A stretch of DNA of 64,000 nucleotides. Origin: Candidatus Bathyarchaeota archaeon (lineage in GTDB: Archaea > Thermoproteota > Bathyarchaeia > Bathyarchaeales > Bathycorpusculaceae). Location: NCBI GenBank assembly GCA_963720565.1, contig CAVRFW010000009.1:224001-288000 (forward strand), read 5' to 3'. Shown in pieces: positions 33,837 to 45,207 of this stretch. A model generated the notes under the pieces. It searched no databases, had not been told where the DNA came from, and worked only from the letters and a program-made list of their open reading frames with translations. Every line of letters starts with the position of its first letter. Position 1 is the first letter of the stretch. A program made the translations under genes and the position numbers.

Positions 33837-34186
33837 TTTTCTCTTCTATAGCTGTGCTATTTAATAGCTCTAAACAGTTAAGCGTTTCTTAATTTAAAGT
33901 CTGAATTTTAGTACAGAATGTGGGCTAAGTTAATAATTATCTTATGAATTCGTGATAAAGATTGCTACTCACACTCTTTGGATGGATGTCGCGATCTTGG
34001 CTTTCTCAGGCAACTGGTAAGCCAGAATTGGTGTTGCATCCACACACCTTTTCATTTTACACTGTTTTGAAATATGTTCGGCATAATATTGCGGTTATTG
34101 AAATATGCAGACTTGCGAAACAGGACTTAAAATACTCTTCTCCGTAACTCAGTTATAGAAAACAGTTCTAAAAGAGGAAAATAGAA

Positions 34187-34519
34187 ATGAACTCGTGGAC
34201 GGCAGAATCATCCAAAAGAAGGGACAAACTTAGCATTGTGGCTGAAATCTTGGAAATTGCTAAGGAAGGAACATTGAAGACCCAGATAATGTATAGGGCA
34301 AACCTGAGCTTTGCACAACTCAATGAATATCTCAAGTTTATGTTGAAAATTCAATTGCTAAACAAATTCATCGATAATGGAAAAGACATTTATGTAGCTA
34401 CGAAGAAGGGAATGGACTTCTTGCAGCGACACTCGGAATTAACTGGATTACTTGTTGAAGAGACCAATGGCAAAAACGGTGCGAAATTTCCGCCTCAGAA
34501 TTTGCTTAGAAAGGTTTAG
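34187..34519 (+). CDS. Winged-helix transcription regulator (RRDKL..I..IL / TQIMY.ANL family)
   Basis: RRDKLSIVAEIL, KTQIMYRANLS, T.KG..FL pattern typical of archaeal wHTH proteins. Confidence 0.88.
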   Translation: MNSWTAESSKRRDKLSIVAEILEIAKEGTLKTQIMYRANLSFAQLNEYLKFMLKIQLLNKFIDNGKDIYVATKKGMDFLQRHSELTGLLVEETNGKNGAKFPPQNLLRKV

Positions 34520-35079
34520 GTCTTGTCCTTATAGCCTGCATCCGATATTGACCAATAATCAAAAAAGGACCTTTCAAGAGTTTTAGTGCGGTTTCCAGGC
34601 TCTGGTTTTTTAGTGCAGAGTTAGTCCATGTTTCTTAGAGTTCCAGGTTTATGGATATGTCTCGTTCGATTCACAAAATGAGTTCTCTATGCTCCTGCTT
34701 CAAATCGTCGATTTAAGTTTTGTAATCGAATTCACTTCCTATATTGCCTTGGTATTTGTCGAAATTGCTGACTTGTGTACATATGTCAAATGAGAATTCT
34801 TCAGTTTCCACAGTCCATGAGTCTTGTCATTTAACGCATGAAAGCCGTTTGAATATTCCTTTGGAAGAGCGCCAGCAACATCAAGACTCAATTTCGTAGC
34901 TGACTTAAAAAAAGATAGATGATTCCGGAAAGCTTATCTTTTAGAACACGAGATGCAAAGGCGCAGTTGAGGTGGCATGCGAAGCTGCTCGTTTTTCAGT
35001 GGACCACGACGAAAATCTCATATAGATTGACAAAATGGTTTTAAGGGTTAACATGCGTATGCATGCTGAGATTAAGGCT

Positions 35080-35814
35080 ATGACGGTAAAAGCTGTGCTC
35101 TTTGACATGTTTGACACTCTGATGATGATTGAGAAGGATCATATGTTCTATAATCCTTCATTGCGGAGCGCCCATAGGTCTCTGGTTAATCATGATGTGG
35201 ACGTGGGGTTCTCGGAGTTTCGGCAGGCGTACGTTAAGGCTCGGGATGCTATTTATGCGGCAGCTGAAGCAACGTTGGATGAACCGCATTTTAATGTTCG
35301 GATTGCGGATACGCTGTTTAGCTTGGGCTACAAATGCACTGTCGACAGTCCGGTTGTGGCTTCGGCAACTCTTGCGTTTTGCGAGGAGTTTATGAAATAT
35401 GTTCGGATAGATGATTGTGCAAAAATAGTTCTGCATGAGCTGCATGGGAGATATAAACTCGGGATCGTGTCTAACTTTGCCATTCCTGAATGTGTACATA
35501 GCCTTCTAGAAAGGCATGGTTTAACAGACCTTTTCGATGTAGTAGTGGTTTCTGGAGCAGTTAACAAGCGTAAGCCAAGCCCTGAAATTTATGTTAAAGC
35601 GCTGGAACTAATGGGCGTAAAGGCATCGGAAACAGTGTTCGTGGGAGACACGGTAGACGCCGATGTTGCGGGGCCAACAAAAGTGGGAATGAAAACAGTT
35701 TTCATAGAACGCCGTTTTCAGAAGGAGATAGAACAGTTCTCTCCAACGGAGACTATAAAGAGTCTGGGCGAGTTGCCAGTGGCGCTTAAACTTTGCCTAA
35801 CAAAGGCAGAATAA
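35080..35814 (+). CDS. HAD-superfamily hydrolase
   Basis: FDMFDTL motif I, IVSN motif II, RKPSP, VFVGD...D motifs III/IV. Confidence 0.93.
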   Translation: MTVKAVLFDMFDTLMMIEKDHMFYNPSLRSAHRSLVNHDVDVGFSEFRQAYVKARDAIYAAAEATLDEPHFNVRIADTLFSLGYKCTVDSPVVASATLAFCEEFMKYVRIDDCAKIVLHELHGRYKLGIVSNFAIPECVHSLLERHGLTDLFDVVVVSGAVNKRKPSPEIYVKALELMGVKASETVFVGDTVDADVAGPTKVGMKTVFIERRFQKEIEQFSPTETIKSLGELPVALKLCLTKAE

Positions 35815-35886
35815 TTATGTTTTGACTACCCATAATAAAATGGTAATATTCGGTTTTGGAGCGCGTGCGAGTACACCTCATCGCCC

Positions 35887-36102
35887 TTAGTTGGGGATTG
35901 CCACGTAAAAACGTCCATCTGTTGTCTTCTTCACGTTAGCGAACAAACCTCCAGCGATGTAATGTATCCAGTTTTGTTCCTGAATGTCCAAGTTTGCTTC
36001 TTGGCTTGTAGCAGCTTTTTCCTTTGAAGTCGCTCCAACAGCTACAAGTTTTGTTCTAATGCTCTCTTCAACGGCGAAGAGAGTCCCTGAGACTACTTCC
36101 AT
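35887..36102 (-). CDS. Small hypothetical protein
   Basis: 71-aa ORF preceded by a GGAGGT RBS; no recognisable family. Confidence 0.65.
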   Translation of the reverse strand: MEVVSGTLFAVEESIRTKLVAVGATSKEKAATSQEANLDIQEQNWIHYIAGGLFANVKKTTDGRFYVAIPN

Positions 36103-36407
36103 ACTCCAACCTCCATCACATTTAGTTCAATATCTGTAATAAAATAGAAAAACCGGATAACAATGGAACTTTCGTCAAGAGAATTCTATCTATTACACTT
36201 AGATAATGGTCAAGCGAATATTTAAGGCTGGTCTCCAAACCGAGACAAATTGGAAGAAACCTGCAAGAATGAGAACATATTAATAACTTCTGGTAACTAC
36301 TAGCCATGGTCGGTATTGATAAGATGCCCCAGTTGTTTCTTCCATAGAGCTGTGTTTGTGCAGACCCAGGACATTAAGCTCTATAGCAACGTTTATTTCG
36401 TGCCGAC

Positions 36408-36422
36408 GAGAAATGTTTATAT
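36408..36422 (+). promoter_or_regulatory. Probable BRE/TATA promoter of the 16S rRNA transcript
   Basis: GAGAAA-TG-TTTATAT about 275 nt upstream of the mature 16S 5' end. Confidence 0.55.
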
Positions 36423-36592
36423 GGGCTGAAACTGCTTCTGAATAGTTTCAGCTACAAGCTAGCCCCGCAATTAACAATATGGCGGCGGCTCAACCCCAAC
36501 CGAAACGGCGATTAGCCTTACAGGGATGCGGGTGTTGGCCTCCAGTTGCGGGGACACATATGTGGACCTGATATTAATATTAGGTCTGAATT

Positions 36593-36624
36593 GGGCTTTG
36601 ACGTTAATGTGGTACATTCCCTCC
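36593..36624 (+). other. 5' arm of the 16S pre-rRNA processing stem (bulge-helix-bulge)
   Basis: GGGCTTTGACGTTAATGT (36593-36610) is the exact reverse complement of 38226-38243; ACA bulge, TTCC helix. Confidence 0.88.
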
Positions 36625-36695
36625 AAATCCAGTTAGGCACAAGAATGCGATTTACCATAAACATCCTGCACGATCACGGAGTGCGCAAGTGCGTA

Positions 36696-38189
<1,494 letters not shown>

Positions 38190-38211
38190 AAGAAAGCAAT
38201 TGCCTTCTGGA

Positions 38212-38243
38212 GGAGCAAGGAAGCGACATTAACGTCAAAGCCC
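38212..38243 (+). other. 3' arm of the 16S pre-rRNA processing stem (bulge-helix-bulge)
   Basis: GGAG-CAA-GGAA-GCG-ACATTAACGTCAAAGCCC pairs with 36593-36624. Confidence 0.88.
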
Positions 38244-38565
38244 TAACAACGGGTTACAAACAAATTTTTATTAGAATAGAAGTATTTAGAGACAACAAGG
38301 TGATTTTCTAATACTGCTTTATGGTTTTGGCAGCTGTTACTGTGGTGTTTTTTGGAGCTCTGCTTTATTGGATAAGCCTTAGTCAACGAGAAGACGAGTG
38401 ATTAGTGCGTAGAAAGGTTCTTAAGTAATTGACCGTTCTTTTAGACGGCAAATAGAGTTGCCTGGTGGAAACGCCTAGGCTTAAGTACTAGCCTTATCCT
38501 TTAAAAGGAAAAGGGCTGATATCAGCAGAAAAAGTTAAAATAGTTGAATGAAGAGGTGAAAAAGT

Positions 38566-38886
38566 ATGGAAAACATTTACGCCGCGATGCTCCTTCACAA
38601 GGCTGGAAAAGAAATCAATGAGGAAGCCGTTACAAACGTTTTGACAGCAGCAGGATTAACTGTTGATGCAGTGAAAGTGAAAGCCCTTGTAGCGTCTCTA
38701 AGTGAGGTCAACATTGACGAAGCAATCAAAGCCGCACCGACAATGATGGCAGCCGCTCCAGCACAAGCAGTTGCCGCGCCAGTCGCAGAACAAAAGCCGA
38801 AGGAAGAAGACAAGAAGAAGAAAGTTGAAGAAGAAAAAGCCAAAGAAGAAGCAGCACTTGAAGGTTTAGGCGCTTTATTCGGGTAA
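38566..38886 (+). CDS. rpl12: 50S ribosomal stalk protein L12 (P1)
   Basis: ME.IYAAMLLH.AGKEI.E, Ala-rich hinge, GLGALFG C-terminus; GAGGTGA RBS. Confidence 0.97.
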   Translation: MENIYAAMLLHKAGKEINEEAVTNVLTAAGLTVDAVKVKALVASLSEVNIDEAIKAAPTMMAAAPAQAVAAPVAEQKPKEEDKKKKVEEEKAKEEAALEGLGALFG

Positions 38887-38923
38887 ACATACCCCAACTT
38901 TTTCTGCGTTAATTTTTCCCTAA

Positions 38924-39958
38924 TTATATTGTTGTTGATTTTTTCTGTCTTTTTTCATTTATTAATTTCCAGGCTACAATGGGCAGCCATCCTAGTAAGA
39001 TTGGAAGTGTTGCTGGGAGAGCGCCGAACTGGGTCGGATTCAGCAGCAGTAGCTCGAAGAATCCGAAGGAAAGGCTCATTGTGGCTACTGATAGCACTGC
39101 GATTTTCTTGTCGAATTTCTTCATTGTTTGAGTTCCAAGAATGCCTGCGAAAAAGAAATCGCCAAGACCCAGCCTCAAGAATGCGATAGCTCCTCCATTA
39201 GTGAATATTAAAGGAATCGTGGGAAAAGCAACTAACACGGGAAGGCCTAGACTGGAAACCGCGTTTGCAGTATCAACCATTGCCCCTGTTACCCATACTA
39301 GTATTATGTCCAATACTGTCAGAGCTATTCCGAAAACAATAGCTGTTTTCCAAGTGAATAGGCTGCTCAAATATAGGACGATTAGAACGGCAAATATCAA
39401 ACCGTAGGCGTCTAGGAGAAATGGAAACCAAATCTGCGTCCCGTTGAAAAAAATGAATAAGAGCAGGAACAATGCTGGCGCCAGGACTGCAGCATACCAC
39501 CTTGGCTTAGATTCTTTCTTATGCCGGGCATAAACCAAGGCGAGAAGAGCCGCTACGGTTAAAATGGCGAAAGCTATGGTCCCATAAGTTCTTAATTCGC
39601 TTGGGAAAAAACCATAAAAACCAAGAGTGCCTGCAACCGTGGCTGCGATAATTGTTGCCGAGCAGAACAGTGTCAATCGCTTTTCAGACATATCTGAGAA
39701 AGCGTATGAAACAGTGAACAGCAGTGTTGAGTAGGAGAAAAGAAAAACAGCCATAATCGCCATCTGAGGAATGAAAACGATAATGGAAACCGACACGCCA
39801 ATCAACGCAATAAGAAGGGCAACATCTCGAGTTCTGAATTCCTTTTCTTCAACGATTGTTTTAAGCTTGGCCTCCGCTTTTTTGCTCAAGAACATGCTTA
39901 CAAGTGTTACTGTGAAAAGAAGCATTGGGAAGAGAATGTCGAATTGCATGCAAAGCAA
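38924..39958 (-). CDS. Multi-pass membrane protein, probable presenilin/signal-peptide-peptidase-like GxGD aspartyl protease
   Basis: TM Asp in LTVLDII, LGLGDFFF (GxGD), LPATLP (PAL-like) in the expected order. Confidence 0.7.
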   Translation of the reverse strand: MLCMQFDILFPMLLFTVTLVSMFLSKKAEAKLKTIVEEKEFRTRDVALLIALIGVSVSIIVFIPQMAIMAVFLFSYSTLLFTVSYAFSDMSEKRLTLFCSATIIAATVAGTLGFYGFFPSELRTYGTIAFAILTVAALLALVYARHKKESKPRWYAAVLAPALFLLLFIFFNGTQIWFPFLLDAYGLIFAVLIVLYLSSLFTWKTAIVFGIALTVLDIILVWVTGAMVDTANAVSSLGLPVLVAFPTIPLIFTNGGAIAFLRLGLGDFFFAGILGTQTMKKFDKKIAVLSVATMSLSFGFFELLLLNPTQFGALPATLPILLGWLPIVAWKLINEKRQKKSTTI

Positions 39959-40046
39959 ATCTGCACACGCAGATTTAATTCTTTAGCTTAGAAACGGCAT
40001 TAACGGGAAAGAATTGCAAGCGAGCATGACAAAACTGGAGCGTGAT

Positions 40047-40898
40047 TCAGCGCTCAAACTGAGTGTTGAGAATCGCCAAAGATGCAAGAACCGCTTCTTC
40101 TGTCCTTACCGTCTCAGTTCCTTGAAACATAATTGTGTTAACCACAAAATCCATTGTGTCGTTGAGGTTTATTCCTTCGTCTCTTGCTATTTCGAACAAT
40201 CCCCGTGCCGGTGAGCCAAAAGCCAAGAGAACGCTCTTGGCTCTTGCCCACCGCGCAGCGATTTTTCCAGCGACATCCGTGAATCTGGAGCCGAATTTGG
40301 AAGTTCCAATTGTCAAGTCGAATCCTCCATTTTTGACGAATGCGCTGAAGGAAGCTTTCTGCGTAGAAACCCTGTATCCCCAGTAAGAGGGAATTTCGTC
40401 CCGGTCCACGCTCTCAACATTAGCCTGGTCCCCTACTTTTACCACCCTTACCGTCAGGCGCCCGCCAACTGCAGCTCTGGTTTCTCTCAAGAGAACGGGC
40501 TTTTCCACTCCAATATCTACAAGCGCGCCATCTCTGGTTCCTGAAAGAACAACGCCCTCGCGGTTTTCACCAACTTTCAAGTTTGCAGCCTTGTTATTCA
40601 GAGGATGGTGCGGCGTGCGCAAAGGAGGAAGTATACCTGCAAATTGTAGCTGTGGTTCGAGTTTGAAAAGCCTCTTCCTCAAGTATTGGGGAGTTTCCAT
40701 GTAGGAAAGCAGAGTGCTGATTAGTTTAAGATCATCACCTTGACTGGTTTTTGGGTTGTCAACATATACTACAATTTCGTTTACTCGAAAAATAGCGGCT
40801 GCCCTTCCAATAAAGCCGATTTTTGAGGTTTTCTCGCGCAGGTGCGGCGTGTCTGAGATAACCGACGCGGGAACTGCAATCGTCAACTTCTTATCCAT
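40047..40898 (-). CDS. SPOUT-class RNA methyltransferase (DUF171/MTH1-like)
   Basis: IAVPAS, RAAAIF.V.EI, ETPQYLRK, GILPPL..PHH, YWGY, QGT.TVRTEEA. Confidence 0.92.
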   Translation of the reverse strand: MDKKLTIAVPASVISDTPHLREKTSKIGFIGRAAAIFRVNEIVVYVDNPKTSQGDDLKLISTLLSYMETPQYLRKRLFKLEPQLQFAGILPPLRTPHHPLNNKAANLKVGENREGVVLSGTRDGALVDIGVEKPVLLRETRAAVGGRLTVRVVKVGDQANVESVDRDEIPSYWGYRVSTQKASFSAFVKNGGFDLTIGTSKFGSRFTDVAGKIAARWARAKSVLLAFGSPARGLFEIARDEGINLNDTMDFVVNTIMFQGTETVRTEEAVLASLAILNTQFER

Positions 40899-40988
40899 AG
40901 TAAATGGCTCTCTCCACATGAAATTACTGATATCTACGTTCAGCTTAAAAGACTAGGACAGAATATAAAAATGCAGGTGACGTGTGAA

Positions 40989-42092
40989 ATGGCGAAGTCC
41001 CTTTTGGAAAATGTTGAAAAAGTCGGGAAAGTTGACAGAAGCAATATGATTTCATACTGCGTGGATGCTTCACGACATTATGTGGAGTCCGCGAGAGCAG
41101 CCCAGAGAATCTCGCTTGAATATCCAAAACCGAAGAACATAATTATCGCCGGTTTGGGTGGCTCCGCAATCGGCGGAGAACTCTTAAAAGACTGGGCGCG
41201 GGAAAAAACGCCGGTGCCAATTGAGGTTAACAGGGAATACAATCTGCCTGGGTATGCAAACAAGAATACCCTTGTCGTCGTCGTGAGTTACTCAGGTGAG
41301 ACTGAAGAGTCTTTGGGCGCGTTCCTCGACGCAGTTAGAAGAAAGTGTATGATTTACTGTGTAAGCTCTGGAGGTAGCTTGTTAGAGTTTGCTGAAAAGC
41401 TTGGAGTGCCACACCTGCGTGTTGCGGCGGGCATGCCTCCCCGTGCAGCCTTGCCTCACATGTTCTTGCCTCTGCTCGTGTGCCTGGAGAAATCGCAGAT
41501 GGTTTCTGGTGTTTCAGAGGAGCTCTCGGAGACAGTGAAACTTCTCGAGAGAATTAGCGCGGGAAATTCTCCTGAGAGATCAAGTGAGGATAATCCTGCA
41601 AAAACTTTGGCTTTGGACATAAATGGCACCGTGCCCGTGGTCTACGGTTTTGGAATTTATCGTGGAGTTGCGCAGCGGTTTAAGCAGCAGTTCAATGAGA
41701 ACAGCAAGATGCCTGCGAAGTGGGAGTATTTCTCGGAGCTCAATCATAACGAGATTGTGGGTTGGGAGGAGAGCGGCAAGTTGGGACCGTGCTTTTCTAC
41801 GATATTTATCCGAGACAAGAATGAGCCGGATGAGATCCGCGCCAGGATTGAAACTACTATGAAGCTGATGCGGCCCATGAAGATGTTTGAAGTATGGAGT
41901 CAAGGTAAAAGTAGTTTAGCTAGAATGCTTTCGACAATTCTGGTTGGAGATTTTGTAAGCGTTTATCTGGCAATTCTACGCGGGGTCGACCCAACTCCTG
42001 TTAAAACGATTAGCCTGTTGAAGGAGACGATGAAGGAGAGCAAAACGAAAGATAGGATAATCGGTGAACTGGAGAGAATAGCTTCGAAATAG
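40989..42092 (+). CDS. Bifunctional phosphoglucose/phosphomannose isomerase
   Basis: GLGGSAIGG, SYSGETEE, PRAALP, RFKQQFNENSK, ELNHNEI, RGVDP.PV; start 40989 or 40971. Confidence 0.93.
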   Translation: MAKSLLENVEKVGKVDRSNMISYCVDASRHYVESARAAQRISLEYPKPKNIIIAGLGGSAIGGELLKDWAREKTPVPIEVNREYNLPGYANKNTLVVVVSYSGETEESLGAFLDAVRRKCMIYCVSSGGSLLEFAEKLGVPHLRVAAGMPPRAALPHMFLPLLVCLEKSQMVSGVSEELSETVKLLERISAGNSPERSSEDNPAKTLALDINGTVPVVYGFGIYRGVAQRFKQQFNENSKMPAKWEYFSELNHNEIVGWEESGKLGPCFSTIFIRDKNEPDEIRARIETTMKLMRPMKMFEVWSQGKSSLARMLSTILVGDFVSVYLAILRGVDPTPVKTISLLKETMKESKTKDRIIGELERIASK

Positions 42093-42093
42093 C

Positions 42094-43152
42094 TCAAGAG
42101 TTTTCGGTTACGAATGTCTTGAACGTTTGTTCAGCTGTTTCGATTGGCATCATCTGTGGTGGTCGTTTGAATGCGTATGCACACACGGGCAGTATTGCTC
42201 CTTTGTGCTTTTTGTTTAGCGCTATTTTTACAGCTCTCACGACGTCAAAGAGTACGCTTCCCGCGTTTGGCGCGTCGACGGTGCTGAATTTAAGGTCTAT
42301 CTGCAATGGTGTGTTGCAGAAGTAGACTCCGCTTATCCAGAAGTAGCTGTCGCGTTTGTTTTGGAGGAAATCAACGTAGTCTGTTGAGCCTGCCACAACC
42401 TCTGCCTTATAGGGCAACGAGTTTTCTACGGATTGTGTTTTGATTATTCGCTTGGTTTCGCGTGTTCGGTCAAGCGTTTCCAGAGATTCCGTTCCTCCAC
42501 CAACGTCCAGCTGGTAAGTCTCGGTTATTTTTACTCCATTCATCGAAAGCAGTTTCAGCAGTGTTTTGTGCAGAGCGGTTGACCCTGCCTGATCCACCAA
42601 GTCGTCGCCGACCAATGGGATTCCCCTCTCTTCAAAACGTTTAGCCCAAGCTGCTTCGCTGGCTATGAAGTTTGGTGTGGCGTTAACGAAAGCACATTTG
42701 GCGGCTAAAGACTGCTCGGCGTACCATCTGGAAGCTTGCGTTGCTCCACTCGGAAGAAGGTTGATAACTATTTCGGCGCCGGAGGCTTTCAGAGTGTTCT
42801 CAACGTTCACGTCAGGTTTAGTGCTTATTTTGAGGATGCTTTCGGTAGATTTGCCGACGCCGTCCAAGAGTGGTCCTTTGTTAACAACTATTCCTGTTGG
42901 AGGAACTTCAACGACCTTCGGCGTGTTGTTTGGTTCCGCGAAAATTGCTTCTGATAGGTCTTTTCCGACTTTTCGCTCGTCTACATCGAAGGCTGCAACA
43001 ACTTCTATGTCGTTGGGCGATAAACCTCCTAATTGCGGGTTTCGCAACCCGACAGAATTCTCTTGATTTAGCTTGCCATAATAGCGCAAGCCTTGGACGA
43101 AGGCTGAAGCGCAATTGCCAACTCCGATTAACGCGACTTTAGCTTTGGGCAT
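42094..43152 (-). CDS. Myo-inositol-1-phosphate synthase
   Basis: IGVGNCAS..VQG, AAFDVD..KVG.D, FVNATP, GDD, TYQLDVGG, D.PNAG. Confidence 0.9.
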   Translation of the reverse strand: MPKAKVALIGVGNCASAFVQGLRYYGKLNQENSVGLRNPQLGGLSPNDIEVVAAFDVDERKVGKDLSEAIFAEPNNTPKVVEVPPTGIVVNKGPLLDGVGKSTESILKISTKPDVNVENTLKASGAEIVINLLPSGATQASRWYAEQSLAAKCAFVNATPNFIASEAAWAKRFEERGIPLVGDDLVDQAGSTALHKTLLKLLSMNGVKITETYQLDVGGGTESLETLDRTRETKRIIKTQSVENSLPYKAEVVAGSTDYVDFLQNKRDSYFWISGVYFCNTPLQIDLKFSTVDAPNAGSVLFDVVRAVKIALNKKHKGAILPVCAYAFKRPPQMMPIETAEQTFKTFVTENS

Positions 43153-43374
43153 TTTCGAACACCTTGTATGAACTTTTCTTATTGACGATTACCTTATAAA
43201 AGGCTACGCTGCTCCAAGGCTTAGAATTATGCTAAGGGCATGAGTACTCGATGGGCGGGAGCCAGTTTGTGAAATATTAGAGTCGTGGTATCTTGTTAGG
43301 TGAATTGGGGTCGAGGCAAGAAGCAACCTTTTAATTTCTATGTAGCTCTTAACCCTGAAAAGGGTTGGATTAGA

Positions 43375-45141
43375 TTGGTTGATGATGCTAAGCTTGACAA
43401 GTTTACTGCGGTTAACGAGTTGGCTCGCCGGAGAGGTTTTTTCTGGCAGTCTTACGAGATTTACGGGGGAGTAGGCGGCTTCGTAACTTATGGTCCCTTG
43501 GGTGCAAGATTGAAACAGAATATCGAGGCTAAACTCAGGGAGTTGTTTGTTACTAAGCTGGGTATTCTTGAAATCGAGTCTGCCGTGATTACTCCTGGGA
43601 AAGTCTTTGAAGCCTCGGGGCACGTGGATCACTTTAAGGAGCCGATGGTGGAGTGCTTGGAATGTCATAAACGTTTCCGAGCCGACCATCTGCTTGAGGA
43701 GTATGCAAAGATAAGCTCAAGCGAAGCTGAAAAACTGTCTCTTGACGAGATAAGTGTAGCGCTTGAGCGTCATGGTGTTAAGTGCCCCGAATGTGGTGGC
43801 TGTTTCAATTCGCCGCAGCGTTTCTTGACTATGTTTGAAACAACTATTGGGCCGTATTCTGGTTCTACGGGGTATGGGCGACCGGAGGCGGCGCAGGGGA
43901 TATTCGTGGAGTTTAATCGGCTTTATGCTGTTGCGCGGGAGAAACTGCCTTTTGGCGTCATCCAGATTGGTCATGCCTTGAGGAACGAGATTTCGCCCAG
44001 GCAGGGTTTGATTAGGCTTCGCGAGTTCACGATTGCGGATTTGGAGTTTTTCTTTGATCCTGAAGAGCCGGCTTGTGGTTTCCTGAAGGAAGTTGAGGAT
44101 GAAACCTTGCCCATTCTCTTGGGGAAGAATAGGCTTGCGAATTCAGAGGAGACAATAACTCTGACTGTTAGAGAGGCGTTAGACAGGAAGGTCGTTTTGT
44201 CTGAGTGGCAAGCGTTCTTTATGGCGATGGCTAAGAAATTGTTGATTGAAATCGGGGTTCCCGAGGAGAAACAGCGTTTTATTGAAAAATTGGCATGGGA
44301 AAAGGCTCATTATTCGCAGCAAAGTTTTGACCAGGAGGTGTACGTTGACCGTTGGGGTTGGGTGGAAGTTTCGGGTCACGCGTACCGTACAGACTACGAT
44401 TTGAGTAGTCACATGAAGGCCAGCGGGGTGGATATGCAGGTCTATAAGGAATACAAGACTCCGGTTGAGAAAGAGGAGCTTATCGTTAAGCCAATCATGG
44501 CAAAGCTTGGGCCTGTCTTCAAGAAGGAGGCTAGTAAGGTTGCGGAGCTTCTTTCCAAGGCGCCGGTGGAAGATGTAATCGCTTCGCTGAAGAAGAATGG
44601 AAGCTACTTGGTCGGGGACTACAGGATTTTGCCTGAGCATGTGGATGTGAGCAATCAGAAGACAGTTGTGCGTGGAGGTCGCTTCATTCCTCATGTTGTT
44701 GAACCCAGTTTTGGCTGTGACAGGCTTTTCTATGTGGCGTTGGAATACGCTTACGGCGTGAAAGAAGACAGAGTAGTCATGAGTTTTCCAAGGAGCATTG
44801 CACCGACACAGGTTAGTGTTTACCCTTTGATGAACAAGGATGGCTTGTTCGAGAAAGCTCGGGAAGTGCAAAAGTTGCTGGTGAATGAGGGGTTCATGGC
44901 CGAGTTTGATGATGCAGGATCGATAGGCAGAAGGTACGCGCGTGCCGACGAGGCTGGTGTTCCGTTGGGTGTGACCGTAGACTATGACACGTTGAGTGAT
45001 GGTTCAGTTACGATTCGGGATCGGGACTCGTGGAGGCAAGTGCGTAGCTCTCTGAAGAATTTGCCGCAGCTCTTGGAGAGGTACTTTCAAGGAAAAATAA
45101 GCTTTGAGGATATGGGCACTTTGGTTCCGGCGAGTAGTTAG
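43375..45141 (+). CDS. glyS: Glycine--tRNA ligase (alpha2 type)
   Basis: RRGFF...EIYGG, ASGHV..F, RPEAAQG.F, RNEISPRQG..R.REF, EPSFG.DR, SIGRRYARADE; TTG start 43375. Confidence 0.97.
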   Translation: MVDDAKLDKFTAVNELARRRGFFWQSYEIYGGVGGFVTYGPLGARLKQNIEAKLRELFVTKLGILEIESAVITPGKVFEASGHVDHFKEPMVECLECHKRFRADHLLEEYAKISSSEAEKLSLDEISVALERHGVKCPECGGCFNSPQRFLTMFETTIGPYSGSTGYGRPEAAQGIFVEFNRLYAVAREKLPFGVIQIGHALRNEISPRQGLIRLREFTIADLEFFFDPEEPACGFLKEVEDETLPILLGKNRLANSEETITLTVREALDRKVVLSEWQAFFMAMAKKLLIEIGVPEEKQRFIEKLAWEKAHYSQQSFDQEVYVDRWGWVEVSGHAYRTDYDLSSHMKASGVDMQVYKEYKTPVEKEELIVKPIMAKLGPVFKKEASKVAELLSKAPVEDVIASLKKNGSYLVGDYRILPEHVDVSNQKTVVRGGRFIPHVVEPSFGCDRLFYVALEYAYGVKEDRVVMSFPRSIAPTQVSVYPLMNKDGLFEKAREVQKLLVNEGFMAEFDDAGSIGRRYARADEAGVPLGVTVDYDTLSDGSVTIRDRDSWRQVRSSLKNLPQLLERYFQGKISFEDMGTLVPASS

Positions 45142-45207
45142 CTTTTTTAATCTACTTGCACAACTACTTGTTGAATAATTGTCGATTACTTTGGGTGGGA
45201 GAAGGTT

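Noticed and set aside
38321..38401. 26-aa hydrophobic micro-ORF (MVLAAVTVVFFGALLYWISLSQREDE) downstream of the 16S
   Set aside because: The AGGTGA motif is ~17 nt from the ATG, and the ORF is too short to support without conservation data
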